Of a stretch of DNA of 64,000 nt, positions 11,948-23,254 are shown piece by piece; positions within the stretch are counted from its first letter, which is position 1, and each line of letters starts with the position of its first letter. The notes under the pieces were generated by a model that was not told the origin of the DNA, did no database searches, and saw only the letters and a program-made list of their open reading frames with translations. The DNA is taken from positions 102,779 to 166,778 of IMG/VR virus record IMGVR_UViG_3300013830_000002, one strand, 5' to 3'. The translations under genes were made by a program, and so were the position numbers. This stretch comes from a virus (Duplodnaviria > Caudoviricetes).

Positions 11948-14900
11948 TCAATAAGCGGTTTCTGTACTATAAAGTAAGAACGACTTATAAGGATTAGTTA
12001 CTGCAATAGATGCATAGCCCTGTGCAGTAATTGCACCACCTGCTACTAATGTAGCAACATCCCCGTCTTCAATTCCAACCCCTCGTAAGGTATTGAATAT
12101 AAAGTCTTTACCCTTAAGAGTAAATAGGTTAATGGCAGGATTGCCATTAGTTTTACCTGCTGTTAAGTCGATGCACATAGCAAACGGCATTGGATATTCT
12201 CTTGTAAGAGTTCTATCAGCAGTAAAAACTATAGTATTTCCCAAATTTATGTTAATCTAAGTATTTCTACCTAGTTCAGACTATATCTTTATCTTTAAAT
12301 TTAAAAACAAATCCTTTATGTGAGTGAATAATATTTCTGAGAACCCTATTTATCTAAGATACATTTAATTCAGGATGCTGTTTTTTACAGTCCTGAGCAT
12401 TATCATACTCTCCTATTTTGTTTCCCTTTTTGTCATACATAACAATTTGTTTATAAGGAATTTTTAGAGGGCCACCAATATAAGGCTCAATATCAGAATC
12501 ATTACCAGTGTATCTTCTCCACTAATAGCCAGCTGCTAGACAGTGCTTCATAACTGCCTAATTAATAGTGCATACTTGCATAGCTAAATCAGCTTCTTCT
12601 ATACTATTAAAAGTTCTTAAAAATTTTCCACTTAAAGTATACTGTGCTACAGGAGTAATATTTCTATTTTTATATCCTGGAAATTTATTATTTCTAGACC
12701 AGATATAATCACAAGCGGATGATGTTCTTCCTGCACAATTATTTTTTATAGCCTATTTAACACTTTCATAATTGTCGGCATTAATAGAATGAGCAGCTAT
12801 TCCTATTGAAGGATAGGCAGAAACAAACTTTCCTTCTTTTGTATACTGGTAAACTGTGTGCATATATTCAGGATTAACTCCTCCTTGACCTCCTACACTT
12901 GTATTATAGCACTATTTGCTTCTAAGTACTGTAGGAGTCACAAGCTCTGCTTCTAATTGATAGGCCTGTTTCTTTCCTTCTTCTGTGTGAGGAAATATCC
13001 TAAGTGTAGTACGCTTAAATTTATCATATCCATATTTCCTAACAGCAGAATGAAATGCAAACTTTTTATTGGCATTACTTAATCTATATACCCCGCATCC
13101 TATATAACCATCAAACACATCTGGATTTGTTTCATGTACACCTATGTAGAATTTACCATTACATAAGTTTATTGTTATATAAACAATATATTTCAATTCC
13201 ATAAGATAATTACCATTTCGATTATATTAATAATCTATGCCCATAAAGGGACTTACTAGTCGTTGAACTTCACTCATACTTAAAAGCTAAGAGTTTTAGC
13301 TGCTGATTATCCAATCTCTATTATTTTTCAGCATTATATTTAATTTCCATTAATATTTTAGCTAATAGAGCTCTAAGGAACTTCCAGCAATTAAATAATT
13401 TTTATTAAGCCACAGATTTCTCTGCGTTTCGCCAGAAATAAATTAGTTTAGCGAATTCATAAGCACTAAATGTGCTTCCAACTTTATAATATTTACCGTC
13501 TTGTTTTGAGTAAAGATAAGCACCATCAGTCTTGAAGTCTGCAAGGTACTTAAACAGTACTCTGTTAAAGATTGCCCACATTTGTTCATTTGCCACAAAA
13601 ACAAACTGGTTACCAGTAGGAGTATCAGCCTTCTGGACCATTTGAGAAATAACGGTCTGGAAAGTGTTGATAGTAATCTTACTAGCAACATATTTAGAAG
13701 CAAATCTTTCTATCTATGGAATTAAGCCCTCCGAAATTGTTAATCTTCATATTACTACGAAGTTCAGACTATATTTTTAACTTGTATTGTTTTATCCTCT
13801 ACAAGTTACTTCCTCTTTCCACCAATTTAAATAGTGTACTCTACTCAGTTATAATTATTAGTTTTTCTCTAATAATTTCTTTTCGATAGTCGTTGAACCT
13901 TACTAACATTAGTATTGGCTGCTGATTGTCCTATAGTAGCTAAATAGGAGATTCCAGCAATTAAAGAAGTTTTATATTGGCAAGAGTTTATCCAACCAAT
14001 AGGAATAGGTCTACCAGTCTGTCTATCAGAAAGTGTAGGCTTGCCGTCCCTGCCAATGTTACCTTTAGAAAGGAGCAACATTTGCTCACGAGCTTGCATG
14101 AAGTTATCAATAAGATTTTTCTTCATTGGGTCAAGCTTGTAAATGGTTTCTGTCAGACAACCTTGATTTTGACCTTGACCAATTTTAATGAGAGTATCCT
14201 CCATAAGAGCATACTTTGAACTGTATGTGTCATCACATCTGATGAGGGTCATACAGTTACGCATCTTTTCAACATTCATATTATTGCCTTATAGTTTCCT
14301 ATAAGATTAGACTATATCATTAATTTACTTTATATTTAAAAATAAATCCTTTACACTGTTGTTGTACTCCTTTTAATACCTTCTAAACTCCTCTTGTGTA
14401 CTTATGTATAGTACAAGCCAAAGATGGACATTCTTCTATAAAAGTACCATCAGTTTTATAGACTAAAACTGGACGTTTAAAATACTTTAACTTTATAAGG
14501 ATTCATTTTTTCTAATTTAGTTAATGAAAATTGGTATGATTTATAATTTTTATTTTTTCTGATTGACACTGTTATAGGATTAGTGCTGTTAATATTAAAA
14601 AACTTTTTAATTTCTTTTCCATTATATAAAACAGTTAAAAATTTACCTTGTAAATCGTAAACATATAAAGGTTTATTCTTTATATGAATATGTTCAATAG
14701 GCTTATACTCTTCTACCAATTTGGAAGAAAAATAGTAGTTTTTTATTTTATATCCAGTAGACATAGCATTTCCTACACTCTAAGGAGTAACCCCAATACT
14801 AGTAGCTGCTTCCTTAATAGAATTGTATGAAGCTACAAATTTGAGTGTAATTGCATCGTACTAAAAGCATTTTTGCTCTAGGCACGTAAATTCCTTAGTG

Positions 14901-17703
14901 TTAATACTTGTATCTTTAGACCAATAAAAATTTTTGCAGCGATTTTTATAATTAACTGCATTCCTGATAGCAGTATGTGATACACAATAAAAGTCAGCTG
15001 CTTCCTACATAGTATTCCAGGTTTTAATGTACTTACCACCAGTTGTAAATTGGTTTACAGGCAAGTATTTATAACCTGTCATACCACCTAGCTAAGCATT
15101 ATATGTATCCTTCCGTTTAATAAAATTATAATCTACTAATCTTGATTCTTCTTTTAATGCTTCATCTAATGAGTCACATACTTTTAAAGTAATTCTTTTA
15201 AAATTTTTAACCCCATATTTTTTGACTGCATATTGTAAAGGAGATGAAGGATTCATATAACTACTTGGCATATTTACTTTTATTCCACATCCGAGATACT
15301 AATCAAAAACATCTGGATTTTCTGTCTTATGCTATCCAATATAAATTTTTCCATTAACTAAATTTTTTGTCAAATATATTATATATTTCATTATTTAGTA
15401 AATTAGCTTCCATTTCGATTAATCTTTTAATCTACTCTCTCCCGAGATAGTCGTTGAACTTTTCTTGGTACTCCAGTCATAACTTTCAGTATAATCCAAG
15501 ACTTAGCTGCTGATTACCATTTCACAGGTTTCCAGCAATTAAAAAGCTTGTGCTTGTAGCTTAAGCTACAAGGAGCAATGTTAGTTTACTCTGGTACTTA
15601 ACGAACATTTTGTTAATCACTATATTACTATAGTGTTCAGACTATATCTTAATTTATATAAAATAAATTCACTCTTTTTCAGCTATTACAGCTTACTCCG
15701 TAAAGGATAGTCGTTGAACATTCTAAAATAAAAATTTTAGCTTTGCTGCTGATTGTCCTAATTAGTAGCTGACTTAGGATTTCCAGCAATTTAAAGTGTT
15801 TTTATTATTGACTGAGGCAACGTTAAAAGTACCAATAAAATTTTAATATTTTCACCACAGTCATTAAGCTCCGGCTTGGCATTTCCTACCCATCGGGTAA
15901 GACCGCCAATATGGCAAGCATCCACATCAAGAACTGAGCTATAATCATCGTCAACAAGACGGACCATTACAGACCATCTATTGTCAGCTTTTCTTACAGG
16001 CGGGGCCACGACAAAGCATTGCTGGCCGGATTCCTCAATCTTGAAGATTTCATGAAGTTGGTAATAGTTCTCTGGGAATACCATTTCAATTTCAGAACCA
16101 TCTGCACCATTCTCAACAGGAACTTCTGCAAACGGAATTCTCTTGATTTGATTGGTTTCGATTTCCCCAATTTAATTGTTATCAACATGTTACCATGTTG
16201 TTCAGACTATATCATTTACTATACTTAAACACATAACCATTACATTCAGTAATCTAATTGATTACTTTGTTCATTTGTGTATGTGTTAATCCATACTTAA
16301 CCCGGCACTCTTTAAAAGTATTAAATTCTTCAATCAAAGTGCCATTTTTGTCATAAACTTTTAGTGTGACAGGATTCAATTTTCTACTTGGCAATTCAGT
16401 AATTTGTTTTGTACTAATATAGAAATTCTTAAACCAACCGTCATTGTCATGTATGATTTTGTCCAATTTGGCAAACGAGAATACCTTTAGCTGTTTAAAT
16501 ATTTCTTTTCCTACAAATGTTCCGATAAATTTATATGGAATACTGTACAAAAAGAACTGACAGCTTTTTAATTGTACTCTTGGTTTTGGTTTAAATTCGT
16601 CTGTATTAATGTTTGACACATAATGGTTGCATAGTAGTTGTTGGTTTCTGCAGGCATGACTGACTGCTTGTGGAGTACATCCTAAATATTGAGCACACTC
16701 TTTTCTTGTGCCAAATACAGCAACCTGACTACCATCCTTTGTATAAACAAATGTTTTTTGTTTGCGATGGTTAATGTTAAAAATCTGTGGTTGTCTACTC
16801 CAGTAGAATCCAGCGTAAGTAATACCGTCAGTAGAAGCTCTCTGTAACCTTATTAAGTTCAAACCCAGAGAATCAGCTGCCTCAACCGTACTGTTCCACG
16901 TTTTTATTAAATTACCATCGTAGTCAAATTGATTGATTGGTTTGGAATGCCAAGTTCTGTCTTGCTGGCCTTTAAAATATCCACCAAGACCTCCTACAGC
17001 TACATTATATACATGAGCTTGACGAATAAACTATTCAGTCACAATACTCTCTTCAATGGCTGATGCCTCTTCAATAGTATCCACTATTTGAATAGTGTAT
17101 CGAGTGAAAGCATTTGGCCCATACTTTTTAACTGCCTTTTGAAAAGGAGTTGTAGGCTGCATATATGTAGCAGGTTTTTGTGCATAGACTCCACAACCTA
17201 AATACCCGTCAAAAATTTCTGGGTCTTCGGTTTTATGGTAGCCTATATAAATTTTGTTCAGTCCATTCTTTTTGGACTTGTTGTTTACAGTTAAGTATAT
17301 GATATATTTCATAGTAATCCAATTTTTCACCATAAGGTTTAGAACGCATCTTAGTCGTTGAACATTACTCTGAACCAGAGTCGTGCTGCTGATTGTCTTG
17401 TAGTAGCATCAAGAGTTCCCAGCAATTTAAAGGATTTTTCACAGTAGCTTACACTACTGAGGAGCAGGAATTTTACTCATAGAATTCAGAGTCAATTGAA
17501 GTAAAGCTACCAAGCTTTTTCTTCTCCTGACCCATCCAAACATTACCAAGTAAGTCAGTTAATGCACTCAAAGTGTTTTGCGGATAAAGCTTAGCAAGAA
17601 TACCGAGCTTATATGTTTTAGTACCAAGGAACTTACCAAAATCCTCAACGGTACGTGTACCACCCATATTAGGGTTATTAGTTACAAAATTAGCTACTAA
17701 CAT
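11948..17703 (-). CDS. Major capsid protein, 472 aa after splicing; exons 17703-17475, 16167-15854, 15605-15588, 14276-13995, 13731-13450, 12241-11948
   Basis: Exons sum to 1419 nt and join in frame (EFYE-W-EIETNQ; PELNDCG-FVKYQS-NVEKMRN; PIPIG-EGLIPQIERFASKY; AYEFA-GNTIVF); each upstream exon ends in U and each intron in G; one TAG=Gln at 13714-13716. Confidence 0.9.
12242..13449 (-). mobile_element. Group I intron 5 of MCP (with GIY-YIG ORF)
   Basis: Core motifs; P1 TTCGCT/GGCGAA; P10 TATTTCT/GGAAATA. Confidence 0.9.
12276..13202 (-). CDS. Intron-encoded GIY-YIG endonuclease; TAG=Gln
   Basis: YIVYITIN..GKFYIGVH; extends through TAGs to an in-frame TGA inside the intron S element. Confidence 0.8.
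13732..13994 (-). mobile_element. Group I intron 4 of MCP (263 nt, no ORF)
   Basis: Core motifs; P1 ATTGGT/GCCAAT. Confidence 0.9.
14277..15587 (-). mobile_element. Group I intron 3 of MCP (with GIY-YIG ORF)
   Basis: Core motifs; guide AACATTGCTC pairs GAGT of exon 3 and AATGTT of exon 4. Confidence 0.9.
14477..15391 (-). CDS. Intron-encoded GIY-YIG endonuclease; TAG=Gln
   Basis: MKYIIYLTKNLVNGKIYIG(Q)HKTENPDVFD(Q)YLGCG; in frame with ORF 14477..14764. Confidence 0.8.
15606..15853 (-). mobile_element. Group I intron 2 of MCP (248 nt, no ORF)
   Basis: Same four core motifs; U| and G| boundaries. Confidence 0.9.
16168..17474 (-). mobile_element. Group I intron 1 of MCP (with GIY-YIG ORF)
   Basis: Core motifs AATTGCTGGGAA, AATCAGCAG, GTTCAACGACTA, GATATAGTCTGAAC; P1 GAGT/GCTC; terminal G. 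Confidence 0.9.
16212..17312 (-). CDS. Intron-encoded GIY-YIG endonuclease with NUMOD1-like repeats; TAG=Gln
   Basis: MKYIIYLTVN..KIYIGYH..; ORFs 17031..17333 and 16254..16862 join across TAG; ends at TGA 16212. Confidence 0.85.
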
Positions 17704-17737
17704 TTTGTAATTCTTTTAATAATATTATAATTGGTAA

Positions 17738-18787
17738 TCACTGTACATCCAAAGATGCTGCAGAATTAAATTGCTGATTACCTCCATTGGGCTTGTTATC
17801 TTTACGATTGGCATTTATTTCCAGCTGAGATTGCCCTTTTTTCCCAGCTGCCAAGCCTTTTTCATAAGCCAGTTTTAACTGGCCAGAAATCTCACTTAAA
17901 ATTTTGTCACCATTTAATGCCCAAAAAGCTACCTTAGTAAAGGTCTCTGGGTCATTCATTGCTTTTCCAAATTCTGACTCTCCATTTTCATCCCTTGTAA
18001 GAATGTAATTTGCAAGGTCATTCATATCGTCGGAAGAGAGTTCAATATTTTGTCCGGCAATATTATTAAGTGACTGAATCTACTCCAGGATAGAGGAGCT
18101 AAAATTATCAAAATCTTGTTCTTGTTGTGCAGCAGCTTCCTGCTGTTTCTGAAGTTTAAGGTCGTCCTCCCTTTGTTTATATTGAGCACGTAAGCTCTCA
18201 ATTGCATGTTTATAGAGGTCAGGGTCAGACTTAGCATCATTTAGCAGTTTTTCAAGCTGCTCATCAGTAACATTTTCCTCTCCTAGTTCATCTAGTTTAT
18301 CTAACATATATAGCTCATCATCACTTAGTCCGTCTACCTCATAAGTAGGGGGCTGAGCATTGATAGCATGGTTTTGAACAGCTTCCATATATTCTGATGG
18401 AGACATATTACTATTTCTGATAGCATCAAGTAATTCTTGCTCCTCATCAGTTACATTATTAATTTCTGGAATCTGTTCACTTTGTCCTGAGGACAAAAGA
18501 ATATTTTTTTTCTCTTCACGGGTCAAATCTTTCCAAGCACGCTCAGAAACTTGCCCATCATCTCCGTCAAACTTAATTTTTGATGAATCAGTAATTCCTG
18601 CATCAGCAATAAGCTCATTGATGACACTTTCATCAGAGTTATCAGGATTATTGTTGTCAGGACTATCATTTCCACCAGGATTATCATTTGAAGGAGGATT
18701 GTCATTGTGATTTTCTTCACTGCCTGCAGGGGGATTATCTCCAAAGAAATCATCCATTGCTGCAGCAGCACTTCCTTCTTGTGGCAT
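17738..18787 (-). CDS. Acidic scaffold/cargo-like protein upstream of MCP (349 aa); TAG=Gln
   Basis: ORFs 18080..18787 and 17738..18025 join across TAG; D/E/N-rich; synteny. Confidence 0.65.
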
Positions 18788-18862
18788 TAAACATAAACAT
18801 TAAAAATTAGAACAATTATCTATAATAGAATAGTAAGCAAATAATGATTTACTTGCTATTAT

Positions 18863-18899
18863 CAATAATATCGATTGTTATTAAAAACCCCAAGGTTTT
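18863..18899 (-). promoter_or_regulatory. Putative phage late promoter AAAACCTTGG-N19-TATTATTG (capsid operon)
   Basis: Motif with identical spacing recurs at 26015, 42249, 42232(+), 43571 and 49902(+). Confidence 0.7.
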
Positions 18900-18911
18900 T
18901 TATAACAAAAT

Positions 18912-20903
18912 TTAATCAATTTCCGTCTCATCAAGATTAAGAGTACTAAACACCTTTGTTATCTTCTTTTCAAGTAAAGCAACTCTGTCTGTAAGTTTGA
19001 TAATGTTGTCCTATAAAGCACTGAGTTCTTTCTTTAATTCATCACTGCTATTTCCTGCTAATTTTTTAACCATTTCAATGTCAGGAATTACTTTGGCCAT
19101 ATCATCAGTAATTTCATCAGGAATAGTGAGCTTATCACTATACTTCGGATATTCAGTACCAGTTACTCCGGTGAATGTTCCACCAATAAGTAATGGATTA
19201 ACTCCGACAAAATTATCAGAATATATACCGAAACCAGAATAGGTTTCATTACTCTCACGTACTTTCCTATAATCTTTATAAATACCTGATAAATCACCAA
19301 ATCTTGAATGAATTTTAGATGGGAGGAATTCCATCTAATCAAGTACTTCCTAAAGCGTAATTTTATTTTTATAATATGTAATGACAGTATCAGTAGCTTT
19401 AGTAGGGCTTAGTCTATGAATAGTTGAATATGTCAGATTAGCAAGAATTGACTATGATTTATTATCCTGATTCTTAACTTTGATTATAAACGGGTCAACC
19501 GATTCAACAGTGGCATAGTATCCTAAAGGAAGTGCTACTCCTGGAGAATCAGATGACTCATAATAAACGTCATTATCACCAGAAATAACTTTAACTGATA
19601 TAATTTCAGACAGCTCTTCCTCTGCTGAATTAAAGGCTGCTCCTTCTGCATAATTGGAGCCTGCTTTAATAGTAACTTGTTGAGTATATTCAGAAACAGA
19701 GCCATCCGTACTATTTTCAGTTTGAAATTTTACTTCAATAACAGTATCTTGCTATACATTACTTCTAGTCTGTACTGCTATGGTTTTTCCAAGGTCTTCT
19801 GTAGTTTCCTCGTCTGATGTAATACTTGCTTCACTTACAGTAAATGCATTTCCACCACTTAAAAAGATAAGTACCCAATCACCTACATTGAACTCATTTT
19901 TATATTTTAATGAAAGCTTTATTCTACTGACATCAGTAACTTCATCGGATGCAGTATCATCAGTGTTATTATCAGAAGCCTTTGAATCTTCAGCCCACTA
20001 AGCCTTTGTTACCAAGTTTGTTACAGGAGAGCCTATTTTCAGTGGAAAATACTATGGCGTATAAGAGTCCTATGATGATTGGTTGTGTACTATAAGATTG
20101 TCAACTTCAAGCCATGTTTCATCATTTTCTGTATAAAGCATATAACCAGATTCTCCTTTAACAGCCCCTTCAGATGAAGTTGTCTGAGCTTTATTTAATA
20201 TAACATCGTTGTTTACATATATTTTTCCATTACGAATTGCAAGTATATTTTGTCCGCCAATGTTAAAGGTAAGTTCATCACCATCTACAGACATTTGATT
20301 GCCATCAATTAGTAATCCTCCTATCTGTAGTGGATTTGGAATTTCAGTAGTCTATGAATCATCAGTACTTCCTGAATTTTCGGATGAATCGTTATTTGAA
20401 ACAGCTTCTGTGATAGGAGTGAATTGCCCATTAATTACTTTATACAGAATTCCTGTATCTAAGGTATATACAAGTCCATTCTGTATTCCAAAACTTTGGG
20501 CTGTAGAAAGAGTATCAAAATACAGTCCTATGTTTGTCAATGCCTGAATAAACTATTCAGGTTTAAGTTCCTGAACTGCTGAATATGAGATATATCCATC
20601 AGAACTAGATGTAAGTAGTATTTTAGTACCATCAATATTAAGATATACTTGCTGACTTTCCTCTCCACTATCAGAAGTACTGTCAACTAAATAAATACCT
20701 GTTTTCTTTATTTCCTCTTCAGAGGAAACTTCAAAAATTTCTGAAGTGTCATCAACATTAAGCTTTCCGTTTTTGAATATTGTAATGTACCTGTTTGGGG
20801 TTTTTATCTTGACATCCCCCTTAGTCTATAAGATAAGATTGACAGAAGTACTGCCTACTTTATCATAGACTTTTCCAAAAGCAAGTTCCTTGTCTTCTGT
20901 CAT
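18912..20903 (-). CDS. Putative virion structural protein (~663 aa); TAG=Gln
   Basis: ATG 20903 in frame with ORFs 20352..20540, 20070..20294 and 19011..19334; ends at TAA 18912. Confidence 0.6.
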
Positions 20904-21017
20904 AATTATATCAGTTTTTAGATAATAGATTCCTAAAATGATTACGGAGCTCAATATCTCTCTGTTTTACAAAAGCAAAAAACCTATCAAGCTCTTTTAT
21001 CTATTCATTTATACCAT

Positions 21018-21614
21018 TCATTTTACTACATTTACAACTCTACTTTCTCCTGTTTTTATTAAAGGATTTGAATTATCTATAGTAAATTTTTGTCTCTAGG
21101 TTTTCTTAAAGTTAAAATGAAACAATCTGCTGAAAAATGTTTTGTATTTATATTGTTTTTCAGTATAAACTAAAACTGTCTGATTGTTCTGTATATCAGG
21201 AATTATACTAATAGTGTTGTTGGTTCTTTCTACAGTAATTTTAGTCTGACTGTTTGGTGTAAATACCTTCTTAAAGTCAGCAGTCTATTGAACAGGAACA
21301 TTAATTGTGTCTCGTAAAGTGTCTCGTATTCCAGATGATACATAGAATACTTGCTTTATGCTCTTAGGTTTAATGTCTAAAGCATTACGTAGGGAATCTA
21401 CTCTGCTAAGTATACTGTCCTTTGAATTTCTTAGTTCTTTGACAGTGTTTAGTAGAACTATATTGCTACTGTCCTTGTCTTGATAGTATTCTATATTGTT
21501 CTTCAATCTGGAATTTTCTTCCATTGTAGATTGGTATTTGTGGTAACATGTGATTCCCGAAATCAGGAGACCCAATACAGCCAGAATCAACCCAATCCTT
21601 AAGTAATTCTTCAT
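21018..21614 (-). CDS. Membrane-anchored coiled-coil protein, spanin-like (198 aa); TAG=Gln
   Basis: N-terminal TM helix, coiled coil, DS/DT-rich; extended to TGA 21018. Confidence 0.5.
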
Positions 21615-22635
21615 CAATAACTTCGTTTAATTTTCTAAATGATTTAAACAAGCTAAGCTTGTTACCATAAACATATCTCAATAAGTGCATACAATCTCCA
21701 TGCTTGCCCCAACCCAAATAGCTTGCAGCTTTACGTTGGAATAACTTATTAGAAGCATTATAATATCTTCGTACACGTTTTTTCATCCTGCGCTTTATAG
21801 AATTTCTCAGTAAAATATAATGTGGATAGAACTTATATCCTACAAATTCTATTCCATATTTAATTGGAGCAATCCTATAGTTAGGCTTAATAATTAATTT
21901 AAGTTTATTTGCTACATACTCATTTACTGCCTTATACACTGCCTGTGCTTCTTCTTTTGTCTTCACGAGAAATAACATATCATCCATATATCTGAAATAC
22001 CCTTTAACATGAAGTACTTCCTTAACATAGTGGTCAAGCCCACAAAGATTGAAATTAGCAAAATACTAAGATGGCCATACTCCAATGGCCATTCCAGGAC
22101 CGTAGGCATCAATAATAGCATCAATTAATCTTAAAGTTTTCTTGTCCCGTATAAGCCTTCTAAACTAAGCCTTCAGTACTTCATGATTTATGGACGGATA
22201 AAATTTCCTAATATCTATCTGCAAAAAATACCAGTCAGGATGATTGTGCAAAAACGGTTTTAAATTCCTTATAATACTGCATATTCCCCTGCCTTTTATA
22301 CTGCCATAAGTATCAGCAGTAAACCTTTTCAAAAAGATAGGAACTAAAGGAATTAAAAGACAGCAGTGATATACCCTGTCTATAAAATGTTTTGGATGAT
22401 GAATAATTCTTTCTTTTGGCTCGTGCACAACAAAAGAAGTCATTTCTCCAAATTTATAGGTCTCAGAAATAAGATTATTTCTGACCATTTCTACTGCTTC
22501 GTCGAAATGGTTTACAAACCATTTCATTTCTTTATTATAATGGTCTACAGGTTTTGCCTATAGTGCCTTATGAATAGCAGCAGCAACATTGTCTTTGGAA
22601 GTAATTAAATGCCACAAATACCCAGAGGTTTTCAA
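21385..22635 (-). CDS. DGR reverse transcriptase (~416 aa); TAG=Gln
   Basis: TTG start; HEPKERII, DRVYH, IKGRG, DIRKFYPSINH, GMAIGVWPS(Q)YFAN, YMDD, GIEFVGY, SYLGW motifs; adjacent TR. Confidence 0.93.
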
Positions 22636-22783
22636 GGCGTATTATTTTTAATTACCAAAGTTCGGAATGAAGTCTCCTACTGTCAAGTAACTTAGTTCAA
22701 TATTCTGGCTGCGTTTACAGCAAAGATAATCCACTTTCTAATCTGCAGTAATCTAATTGCAGAAGTTGAAAATAATAATACTT

Positions 22784-22884
22784 AAAACAGGAATGACTGG
22801 ACAAACTGTACACGTTGTTGTCGTTGTTAACGTTAGCATTGCTAGCGTTGTTAGCATTGTTGGCTGAGCTGACTCCAGCTAAAT
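22784..22884 (-). repeat. DGR template repeat (TR)
   Basis: ~100-nt AAC-rich copy of 24658..24758; 18 of 19 mismatches fall at TR adenines. Confidence 0.95.
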
Positions 22885-22987
22885 GCTATTTTTTTTTATT
22901 TTAACTGAACGAATGCAGCTAGGCAATCAACCATAATGGATTAACTTTCTTCCACTATCTGGAAAGTTATAAGTACTGAGATTTCTC

Positions 22988-23254
22988 TCAGTACTTATAG
23001 TTAACAATATCTCCTTGATGTCTCTCAAATTTACCCAAGTCATCATTCCAACCAGTTCTACCAAGAGAAATTGACTGAACAATTTCAGTTTGTGATGCTG
23101 GAGGAAAGAACATTCCAAGTGATATAGACTGTAATATTCCAACTGGATAAACAGGAGGATAAAAAATTCCTAAAGAGAATGATGAAAGCAGGGTTGTGTT
23201 AGTATCCTTTACATCATTGGAAACTCTTTTTACAACACTACTGTCAAATTTCAT
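22988..23254 (-). CDS. Hypothetical protein (88 aa) between DGR target and TR
   Basis: Start overlaps the upstream stop; internal SxSLGxFxPP repeats. Confidence 0.55.
   Translation of the reverse strand: MKFDSSVVKRVSNDVKDTNTTLLSSFSLGIFYPPVYPVGILQSISLGMFFPPASQTEIVQSISLGRTGWNDDLGKFERHQGDIVNYKY

Noticed and set aside
21385-22635. RT as group II intron or retron
   Set aside because: SQ motif, short length and adjacent adenine-specific TR/VR pair identify a DGR
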